From assembly GCA_020725385.1 (NCBI GenBank), contig DYFC01000020.1:1-33125 (forward strand): a DNA stretch of 33,125 nucleotides, read 5' to 3'. The notes beneath the pieces are model-generated. The model made no database searches and was not told where the DNA came from. It saw only the letters and a program-made list of their open reading frames with translations. The stretch is from Nitrospira japonica (GTDB taxonomy: Bacteria > Nitrospirota > Thermodesulfovibrionia > Thermodesulfovibrionales > SM23-35). Numbering within the stretch: position 1 is the stretch's first letter; each line of letters begins with the position of its first letter. A program made the position numbers and the translations under genes. Below, piece after piece: positions 17,772 through 26,600 of this stretch.

Positions 17772-18985
17772 TTATATAATAAATATTTTTTACGGTATTT
17801 CTTGTTAAAATCCAAACATTCTTCCAGCCACCATTCTTCCATATCTTTGAGATTCATGCCTGTTTCAATTTCATTTCTAAGTCTGTCTGTTCCGGCAAGA
17901 ATATCAACTGGCAATTTAATGTATTCATATTCATATGGTGGCCTCTTCCATGAAAACTCTTTTGGATAAAGATCATATATTGTTTTTAGAATAGCGACCC
18001 CTGTCCTGAAAGGTTTGAATTTCTCTCTGTTAGTAACATGAATTTGTGCACCCCCGCATAGTTTGCCGGCATATTTATGAAATGCGGGTTCAAAGTACAT
18101 GGGTCTAAAAACAACTCCCGGAAGAGGTAGTTCTTTCAAATGTCCGGCCAGAGTATCCGGATCAATAAAGGGAGCACCAAATATTTCAAAAGGTCTTGTG
18201 GTTCCTCTACCTTCACTGATATTTGTTCCTTCAAGCAGGCACATTCCAGGATATACTAAAGCAGTATCCGGTGTAGGCATATTCGGAGAAGGAGGAACCC
18301 ATTTTAATCCGGTTTCATTGAACCATATATTCCTTTTCCAGTTTTTAACAGGAATAATATATAAATCAAGGTCAGGATAAAATTCATTTCTTAAATAATT
18401 TGCTATTTCACCGATAGTCATTCCATGACGAACCGGTAAAGGCTTGAGCCCTACAAAAGAAGCATATTCAGATTTAAGAACATTACCTTCTATTATATGA
18501 CCGCCGATGGGATTTGGCCTGTCGAGGACTACCACGGCTTTATTTATCCGGTTGCATGATTGTAAACACAAATCCATTGTCCAGATAAATGTATAATAAC
18601 GCGAGCCAATATCCTGAAGATCGATTATAAGCACATTTATATTGCTTAGCATCGAAGGAGTAGGTTGACGAACATCTCCATAAAGACTGTAAACCGGCAA
18701 TCCGGTCTTCTTGTCTATGAAACCCTGCCATTCTATCATATTGTCCTGTGTTTCACCATGAATACCGTGTTGAGGTCCAAACAAGGCTGTTATATTAAAG
18801 TTCCTGGATTTCAGGCATATCTCAATAGCGTGATTTAAATTTCTGTTTACAGAGGCAGGATGAATAAGCAAGCCGGCATCTGTTCCTTTTAGATTTTTAG
18901 GCCACTCCTTCTCTATAATATCGAGTCCTGTATAAACCGATTTATGTTTTATTTGCCTTTTCAATCTGTTTAACCCAATGCTCAA
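17768..18985 (-). CDS. namZ: Exo-beta-N-acetylmuramidase NamZ (DUF1343/YbbC family)
   Basis: Motifs LFGPQHG, YSLYG, DLQDIGSRYYTF, LDRPNP, RHGMTIGE, WVPPSPNMPT and EGTNISEGRGT.RPFE. The TTG start is uncertain. 4-nt overlap with the downstream fusion gene. Confidence 0.88.
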   Translation of the reverse strand: MSIGLNRLKRQIKHKSVYTGLDIIEKEWPKNLKGTDAGLLIHPASVNRNLNHAIEICLKSRNFNITALFGPQHGIHGETQDNMIEWQGFIDKKTGLPVYSLYGDVRQPTPSMLSNINVLIIDLQDIGSRYYTFIWTMDLCLQSCNRINKAVVVLDRPNPIGGHIIEGNVLKSEYASFVGLKPLPVRHGMTIGEIANYLRNEFYPDLDLYIIPVKNWKRNIWFNETGLKWVPPSPNMPTPDTALVYPGMCLLEGTNISEGRGTTRPFEIFGAPFIDPDTLAGHLKELPLPGVVFRPMYFEPAFHKYAGKLCGGAQIHVTNREKFKPFRTGVAILKTIYDLYPKEFSWKRPPYEYEYIKLPVDILAGTDRLRNEIETGMNLKDMEEWWLEECLDFNKKYRKKYLLYK

Positions 18986-19218
18986 GTTTTCAGTGTTTCA
19001 TTTTATAAAATAATTATTAGAAAAATAACTCGTCTTATTCCTACTGAACTTTGGGTATATTATACTTTAAAAAGGCACTAAAAAATAAAACAGAATTTAT
19101 TAATTCAAAATTAATGTCACAAGTTATATAATCCTGATCTAGAATCTCCAACTGCATTTTTTGAATAAATTGTTTAGGACCTTCGCGTAATCGAGTGGGT
19201 AATACCGATAATAAATTA

Positions 19219-19250
19219 TGTCATTCCCCGACTTGATCGGGGAATCCAGA
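19219..19250 (+). repeat. REP-like palindromic element
   Basis: TGTC ATTCCCCGA CTTGA TCGGGGAAT CCAGA, with a perfect 9-bp stem. Confidence 0.88.
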
Positions 19251-19315
19251 AATTTTCTTGTCAGTTTTATTTGCTTACACATGCAGGTTTTGAGAAAGAT
19301 TCCCATTTTATTTAT

Positions 19316-19347
19316 ACTGGATTATTCGGTCAAGGCGGATAATGACA
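19316..19347 (-). repeat. REP-like palindromic element (inverted partner of 19219-19250)
   Basis: Minus strand reads TGTC ATTATCCGC CTTGA CCGAATAAT CCAGT, with 2 stem mismatches. Confidence 0.8.
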
Positions 19348-19525
19348 AATAGAAGATTAACCCTTTTGGATATTTCCACCTCCTGCCATTTTCTTTTATC
19401 CTTATTACAAGTCAGTTTGGAGTTTATTTTCATCATTTTTACCCATTCACTTTCACGATGAGCCATTATTTATAAATGTATCATAAAAAATACCGAGTAA
19501 AATAAAAAATTGTTTTTAATAATTT

Positions 19526-20917
19526 TTAGGTAATTTTATTAAGAATTTCTGTAATAGATTTTCTTACTCTTAATAATACTTCTAACCAATCGCCTCTTGT
19601 TTTTTGTTCAAAAAGAATCATGTTTGGATACCAGAAAGAACGGTTTCCATTTCTCTCAAGCCATCTCCAGTCAGGAGGTGTATGAAGTAATGTCCATGTT
19701 GGCTTTCCGAGTGCTCCAGCAAGATGAGCTACTGAAGTATCTACTGATATAACAAGATCAAGATTTTCAATAAAAGCAGCAGTATCTGCAAAGTCATTTA
19801 TCTGGTGTGTAAAATCAATTATCTTTAAATCGTTCAGAAAATTCTTTAGTTTCTCAACAGCGAAACCTTTTTGAAGACTAAAAATACTTAATTTTTCAAT
19901 TTCAGATAGTATTTTAAGGTGTTCTATGGGAATTGAACGAATATTATCCCAGGGTGTTTGTGGACTTCCTGACCATACAAGCCCTATATTTAAAACCGAT
20001 TTATAGTTTGAAATTTTTTTGCTCCAAATTTTAATTAAATCGGGTGGTGCTGAAAGGTATGGAGTAGTTGCCGGGATGTTTTCTTTTTTTGTTCCAAGTA
20101 TTAAGGGCATATCTAATAAAGGGAACTGAAAATCAAAATGTGGCAGTAATTTTAAATCTTCATAGGAGAATGTTTTATTTAAGCCTTTTATATTTTGAAA
20201 AAGTCTTACTAATTCTTTTTGGCAGTATAGGATTATTTTAAATCCTCTATTGACAAGGAAAGGGATGTAACGTGCAAATTGTATTGCATCTCCAAATCCC
20301 CATTCAGTATATAGCAATAATGTTTTATCTTTTATATCTGAACCATCCCAATATGGTTGTGAGAAAGCATATCTTGTTAATTTGTTTGACTCACAAATTT
20401 CTTTCCAGCCTTCCTCAAAATTATTTTCATATAGAAGTTTATTCCCTAAATCCATTTTTGTATCAGAAAGATTTTTTACTGCTTCTTTATAATTTGGATT
20501 ATTAATTAATGCATTTGCATAGCTTAAAATTGCTTCATTAAGTAATCCTTTACTTCTATATGTATTTCCAAGATGAAAGTAAATTTCTGGTTCATTTTGC
20601 TTTATTTGGAGTGCTTTTAGGTAGTATGATATAGCTTCTTCAAAATCTCCTTTTTGATGCGCTGCATACCCTAAATTATAATAAGCGACCCAATTAGACG
20701 GATCTAGATCAATAATTTTTTTTAAATAATATGAATAAAATGATAGGTCTCCTTTATAATGATAAACAAGACTGAGTGCAAAAAGAACATTTAAGTCTTT
20801 AGGATTTGTTTCATAAATTTTATTTAAAATATTCTCTGCATTTAAAATATCGCCATCTTGAAGCAATGTAAGTGCCTTTTTAATTTCTATTTCCATAATT
20901 TGTTGGTTCTTCTCCAA
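19526..20917 (-). CDS. TPR-repeat protein with C-terminal GT9-like glycosyltransferase domain
   Basis: About 4-5 TPRs (e.g. AYYNLGYA..GDFEEAISYYLKAL), then WDG, EWGFGDAIQFARY, IGLVWSGSP, DFADTAAFIENLDLVISVDTSVAHLAGALGKP and DWRW. Confidence 0.88.
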   Translation of the reverse strand: MEKNQQIMEIEIKKALTLLQDGDILNAENILNKIYETNPKDLNVLFALSLVYHYKGDLSFYSYYLKKIIDLDPSNWVAYYNLGYAAHQKGDFEEAISYYLKALQIKQNEPEIYFHLGNTYRSKGLLNEAILSYANALINNPNYKEAVKNLSDTKMDLGNKLLYENNFEEGWKEICESNKLTRYAFSQPYWDGSDIKDKTLLLYTEWGFGDAIQFARYIPFLVNRGFKIILYCQKELVRLFQNIKGLNKTFSYEDLKLLPHFDFQFPLLDMPLILGTKKENIPATTPYLSAPPDLIKIWSKKISNYKSVLNIGLVWSGSPQTPWDNIRSIPIEHLKILSEIEKLSIFSLQKGFAVEKLKNFLNDLKIIDFTHQINDFADTAAFIENLDLVISVDTSVAHLAGALGKPTWTLLHTPPDWRWLERNGNRSFWYPNMILFEQKTRGDWLEVLLRVRKSITEILNKIT

Positions 20918-21039
20918 TTTAGTTGCTTAAAAACTCTCTTTTGCCATTCTAGTGAGAACCTTGTTTATCATTCCTGCCTCCCTTTTTCACGCTGGCAGAT
21001 TCAAGCAGAAATCCATTTTTTTCTTTGTCATACCACCTT

Positions 21040-21071
21040 TGTCATACCACAACTTGATTGTGGTATCCAGT
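21040..21071 (+). repeat. REP-like palindromic element
   Basis: TGTC ATACCACAA CTTGA TTGTGGTAT CCAGT, with a perfect stem. Preceded by a 14-nt tandem duplication (CTTTGTCATACCAC x2, 21023-21050). Confidence 0.85.
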
Positions 21072-21085
21072 TATAAGCCTTAATT

Positions 21086-21117
21086 TCTGGATTCCCCGAT
21101 CAAGTCGGGGAATGACA
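21086..21117 (-). repeat. REP-like palindromic element
   Basis: Its reverse complement is identical to 19219-19250. Confidence 0.88.
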
Positions 21118-21348
21118 GTTTGTCTACTTATTAAGTAATTTTATGAGAGAAAACCCAATATAGCTGATTTTATTATTATATCATGGGCATGAAAATCAGA
21201 AATAAATAAAATAATCGTGATTTAATCTTGAAGAAATATTGAATTAAAGTTGGCTTTTTTATGTTTATAATATAATTTGTTTACACCTTAATATATTGAA
21301 GTCAGGAGTTTTAAAATGATATATTAAAAATAAAAAGGAAAATTCTGT

Positions 21349-22332
21349 ATGAACATCTTGTTTGCTCAGGCTGATTTTGGCGGGTGTGGTTTTTATCGTA
21401 TTTTACAACCCGCGGCTTATCTCCAGTTTGTCTTGCATCATAATACAAAAGTTATATTCAGGTATAAAAGTGAAAACCTTCTCAATTATGATTTGATAGT
21501 TCTTCAGAGACAGAATCACAATGGTATTGTTGAAGCAATAAAATTTCTACAGTCATATAACAAAAAAATAATTTATGAACTTGATGATGATCTCTGGAAT
21601 GTGGATGATTGTAATATAAGCAAACCATACTGGACGCCTGAAAAAGTCTCGAATGCAGAAGCTATAATGAGAGCTTGCGACGCTATTACGACTTCGACAG
21701 AACCTTTAGCAAAAATATTGAGACAATTTAACGATAAAGTTTATGTCATACCGAATTATATACCTGAAATTACACCTATCGAGAAATTCAGTAGTCCGAT
21801 AAGGATTGGCTGGTCAGGAAGCATTTCGCATAAAGTGGATTTTACTGATGAGATTATTGCTGCCTTGAAAGATATTAAGAAAAAATACAGAGAAAAAGTT
21901 GAACTTGTTTTCTGTGGATGGATTCCGGATAAACTTGTTGGTTATGTAACTTTTTTTGAGCCTGTGCCTCCAATGCAATATCTGTATTTTCTTAATGAAC
22001 TTCGCCTCCATATCGGGATCATGCCGTGTGTTGATATTAAATTCAATGAATCCAAGTCAAACCTGAAATTTCTTGAATACGGGATAACAAAAACAGCCTC
22101 TGTAGCTTCACCTATTTATCCTTATAAAAATACGATTACCGCAGAAACAGGTATTCTTCTTAAAGATAACAGTTATGAAGAGTGGTTTAATGCAATTGAT
22201 AAATTAATACAGGATGAGTCATATAGACAATTTCTTGCAAATAATGCATATAATTTTGTGAGGGAAAATTTTCTGATAATGAATAATATTATGAAGTTCG
22301 AAAAAGTATATCAGGAAATATTGAATATGTAA
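21349..22332 (+). CDS. Glycosyltransferase (GT-B fold, GT4-like)
   Basis: Motifs GCGFYRI, LQR, YELDDDLW, VIPNYI, IGWSGS, FNESKSNLKFLEY and ASP..PY. Confidence 0.82.
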   Translation: MNILFAQADFGGCGFYRILQPAAYLQFVLHHNTKVIFRYKSENLLNYDLIVLQRQNHNGIVEAIKFLQSYNKKIIYELDDDLWNVDDCNISKPYWTPEKVSNAEAIMRACDAITTSTEPLAKILRQFNDKVYVIPNYIPEITPIEKFSSPIRIGWSGSISHKVDFTDEIIAALKDIKKKYREKVELVFCGWIPDKLVGYVTFFEPVPPMQYLYFLNELRLHIGIMPCVDIKFNESKSNLKFLEYGITKTASVASPIYPYKNTITAETGILLKDNSYEEWFNAIDKLIQDESYRQFLANNAYNFVRENFLIMNNIMKFEKVYQEILNM

Positions 22333-22418
22333 AAGCCGGGTGTTAAGTGAAATATTATGGATTCCTCTCAGGAGGATAGAGATTTTTTACAAAAATTAAT
22401 TGTTAGTGCAGGAGTTTT

Positions 22419-23066
22419 ATGGGTTTAAGGATTGCAATTGGTTTTTCTAATTTTCTTTTTAGTGAAGGTTTAAAAAAGCTTATTGAAGAAGAGACGGATT
22501 CAATAGTAGTCGGTATATTCCATACTGTCAATGATTCAATGTCGGATTTAAAGGAAATTCTAAAACTTAATCCTGATTTGATAATTGCTGATTTAAATTT
22601 GAAGTATAACTATATTCCGGGATTTCCTGAAGAGTTAATAGCAAATGAAAGTCCAAAACTTCTTCTTGTTGGAGATAAGGATATGTGGTTTTTATCCGAC
22701 AGGAATATGAAAGAACTAATAACAAGAGGAATTGTTGGTATTCTTCCTACAGGAACAGATATTAATCTTCTCAGAAAAGCTCTAAAATCATTGGAAGATG
22801 GAGAACTATGGATAGACAGACATACATTGTTAAAATTATTTTCTGCAATGAAGGAACAAAACAAACATATAACTTTAGCTAAAAGAGAAAGAGAAATTGT
22901 TTTTCATATTTGTAGGGGTTACAGAAATAAAGAAATTGCTCAAAAACTTAATATTAGCGAACAAACAGTAAAATCACACTGTAACAGGATTTACAGAAAA
23001 TTAGGGGTTTCTGACAGGTTGCAACTTGCTTTATATTCGTATAAATTCTGGCCTAATAACATATAA
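22419..23066 (+). CDS. LuxR/NarL-type transcription factor with atypical receiver domain
   Basis: C-terminal LAKREREIV..ICRGYRNKEIAQKLNISEQTVKSHCNRIYRKLGVSDR HTH. N-terminal REC-like fold with degenerate active-site residues. RBS AGGAG. Confidence 0.88.
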   Translation: MGLRIAIGFSNFLFSEGLKKLIEEETDSIVVGIFHTVNDSMSDLKEILKLNPDLIIADLNLKYNYIPGFPEELIANESPKLLLVGDKDMWFLSDRNMKELITRGIVGILPTGTDINLLRKALKSLEDGELWIDRHTLLKLFSAMKEQNKHITLAKREREIVFHICRGYRNKEIAQKLNISEQTVKSHCNRIYRKLGVSDRLQLALYSYKFWPNNI

Positions 23067-23137
23067 CAACCTTTGTTATAAGAGAATTTTTCCTCATCTG
23101 TATTATTTATATTAGATTTAAGCGTAAATAAGAAAAT

Positions 23138-23632
23138 ATGAAAAAGTTTATAAATTACTGGCTTCCACCAATTATGTGGATGATTATAATTTTCCCATGG
23201 AATAAAGCCTTGACTTCTGAAAATACCTCTTATTTTTTATATCCTATTATCCATTTTTTATTTCCCCACGCTGATAAAATTTTTATAGAAGATGTTCATA
23301 AGTTCATAAGAAAATTCATGCATTTCCTTGATTATGCTTTTCTTGCATTTCTTTTGCTCAGAGCATTCAAAGGTGAAAACAAAATAATAAAACTGGAATA
23401 TCTTTTATATGCAGGTTTAATCTCGGTTGGTTATGGTATGCTTGATGAAATAATACAGGCTTTTATTCCGAGCAGGACAGGTTCAATATATGATTGGTTT
23501 GTGGATTCAGCGGGCACGATTTCTTCATTAGGAATTACATATTTAATAAAACGAAATAAAGTTAACCCTGAAAATATGGACATTCCTAATATAAAGAAAA
23601 ACATTGACAGTCAAGAGTTAATAGATAAATGA
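23138..23632 (+). CDS. VanZ family membrane protein
   Basis: Motifs WLPPIMWM, IRKFMHF..YA and DEIIQAFIPSRTGSIYD...D. Confidence 0.85.
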   Translation: MKKFINYWLPPIMWMIIIFPWNKALTSENTSYFLYPIIHFLFPHADKIFIEDVHKFIRKFMHFLDYAFLAFLLLRAFKGENKIIKLEYLLYAGLISVGYGMLDEIIQAFIPSRTGSIYDWFVDSAGTISSLGITYLIKRNKVNPENMDIPNIKKNIDSQELIDK

Positions 23633-23689
23633 CTATATATGAGAATTAAAATTAAATGCCGCCCGAACAATTGAATGCCCGTGATATTT

Positions 23690-26600
23690 TTATTTTTTGT
23701 TACCGCCTCTTGTAAGTGTACAGTTATTGCTTATAGTTGAATTGCCAATATAGCCTGTAAGCGTGACATTTATCTCATTGTTTGAGATAATATCTCCACT
23801 GATTGTGTCAATATTGTCAATAGATTTGCCGCTTATTTTTCTTCCATTTATTGTTCCTCTATATTTATCAACATCCACTTCTGCTTCAAAACTCGAACCA
23901 TTTTGGATTATTTTGACACTATAAGTGTCTCCACCTTTACATTTTGCAATCCATGTTCCTGAAAGATTTATTATTTCCCTTGTACCTTCAGTCGGGATTT
24001 TTATAACATCGTCTTTTTTCTCTTTTATTCTTGTTCCGGTCCAGTCACCTCCGCTAAGACTATCTCCATATCCCCATTTGCCCGAGATTGAGTTCCCATC
24101 GGGTGACAGTGTAAAAGTAACACGTCCGCCATCACGGGGTGGGGAGTAACTTGGAGCTTCAAGCCACATTCCATGCATTGTCTTTTTATCAGAAGACAAT
24201 GTTGCTTCAATTCTTCCTTTATCGTGAGTATAATTACCATAAACTTTTATGCCATCAATGGTAAATTCAAGCACACCCCAGTTTGTATTCCATTTACCCT
24301 CAAATCCTCTAACATAATTAATGTCTTCTTGAGATGCTCCTGTGCCTGTTTCAGTTTCTGTGACAGTCGTTGTGCCTGTAATCATGGATTCTATTTTTGC
24401 TATATGCTCTTCAAGCGCAGGGTCAGGCCAGTATTTAAGGCTTTCACGATATTTTGATATCGCATCACGGTATCTTTTTTGATTTTGGAAAATTGCTCCT
24501 TCATCTCTTAATTTCTGAGCTTTTACTTTCCTGCTATCAAGCTCTTTTACATAATTTGCTCTTTCATTGTTTGTCCAATATTTTATACTTTCTCTGAATT
24601 TATCAAGAGCCTTTGAAGGTTGTCCCTGATTGAACAAATTAGTTCCTTCTTTCCATAGTTCATCAGCTTTAGCTTTGTCAAAAATATTTTCTTCAATTTT
24701 TCTTATATGTTCTTCAAGCGCAGAATCAGGCCAGTATTTGAGGCTCTCATGATATTTTGATATTGCATCTTTTAATTTATTTTGGTTCTGTAATTTTTCT
24801 CCTTCTTCTCTAAGCTTTTTTGCTATTTCTTTATTTTTAGAAAGTGTTTTTTCTAAGTCTTTAACATATTTTTCTCTTTCTGAATTTGACCAGAATTTTA
24901 AACTTTCTTTGAGTTTATTTAGAGCTTCTGAATATTTCCTTTCACGGTATAAACCATCTCCTTCAGTCCATAAATTATCAGCAATAGCTTTGTTCTCTTT
25001 AGCTTTCCGGGCATTTTTTAATTTTTGTTCAAGACGTGCTTTAAATATCTGCGAATCCGTATTATTTGGCTGAAGATCAACCATCTCCTGAGCGTCTCTT
25101 AATGCGTTCTCAATGATTTCTATTGATAATGGTTTTTCATCCATTGCAGCGCTTCTTACACCTGGAAGCAGTTCTTTAAGCCTTTTGTCTTTAGCAACAC
25201 AATCCTGGTATTTATTGTAATATTTCGCATAAATAGGATCATTAATATCTCCATAATCCCGTATAGCCTTAAGACCTTCAAAATAAGCATCAGCAGCCTG
25301 TGAATATAGATATGTCCTCAGGAATTCATCTCCGGCTATAAACAAATTCATCGCATGATTTTTTGCTGAACGTATCTTATTCCATTTTTCAAGCTCTGAA
25401 ATTAGCTCTATAATCTTTTCTCTTCGTGGATCAGTTTTCATAAAGTATTGTGGTTTGTTTTTAAGTTCACCAAGCATTCCATATGCCTGTTCTTTATCTC
25501 CCTTTTCAAATATTGATTTAACATTCTGATAGTATTGCCATGCCTGATTGCGCTCTGCAATTTTTTGTTTTGCAAAATCAAGATTTCCTTCCCATATTTT
25601 TTGTTCGGCAGGAGTATGTTCTCTCTTTAAGACTTCTTTAACATGAGTAAGCATGCCATCCCAGTCCATCACATCATAAAATCCTTGATGTTTTTTAAGA
25701 GACTCCTGTATGAATTGATTATATTCTTCATTTGCTTTATTCCATCGCATATTCAAATCTTGAGAAAATTTATTTGCCATCTGTCCTGGCATTTCTTGCT
25801 GCAAGTCTTGTATATCAAGTATCTTTTTATATGCTGAGACAATCTTTTTCTCATCAATAAGATTTTCAAATTCTTTTGCTTTATTTTCAACTTGAGGCCA
25901 GATTTTCTTAAATTTGTTAGTCTTTTCAAGCTTCTCTTTTGCATCATTGTCTTTAGGAGCAAATTTAACGGCTGCTTTTAATAGTTTCAAACCTTTATCA
26001 AAGTCTCTTTCATAAACAGCATCCCAGCCGAGTTTTTTAATTTCCTGAGAAAATTTTTGTAAAGAAGATGATTCAGGGTCAGATTTTGCTGCATCTTCAG
26101 CAAGTTCAATCGCTTCATCTATTTTCCCCTGATTAAGTAATTCGAAAGCTTTTGAAAGATTGTTTTTGCTTTTCTCTGCTTCCTCTATTTTTTTCTGCGA
26201 GTCCTTTAGAGTTTTCTCAGATATTGTAATATTTAAAGATTTTGAATCAGAACCGAGAAGTATGCCCTTTGAATCATTTATCTGAACTGTAATATTAAAC
26301 GTTCCTGTGCTGCTGCAGTTTAAAGTAATCTGATCTCCTGAGCCTGGAATTCCACATATTCCGTCGGGTTGCACACTCCATTTATAGCGCAAATCGCTTT
26401 TGGAAACTTCGGGAGAAATTTGAGCCTCCATATAGATATTATGATGAACTGCAAACTGGTCGCTTACTTCAACCATACCGCATTTCTGTGCTCCGCCAGG
26501 TTGTGTGTCACATTTCCACAATTTTGGTTTCGAAGCAGCATAATGTGGCTCTGTTATAGTAACTTTATAGGGTGCAACCTGATATTCTTCTGTTAGCGCA

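Noticed and set aside
20858-21076. 72-aa ORF ending FVIPQLDCGIQL
   Set aside because: It is mostly a translation of the intergenic repeats and overlaps the TPR-GT gene antisense, so it is probably spurious.
19219-21117. Integron attC sites or an autonomous IS
   Set aside because: No RYYYAAC/GTTRRRY attC boxes, integrase, transposase or target-site duplication are visible.
24401-24770. Diversity-generating retroelement TR/VR pair
   Set aside because: The differences include C/T and G/A changes rather than adenine-only changes, both copies are in-frame coding sequence, and there is no reverse transcriptase.
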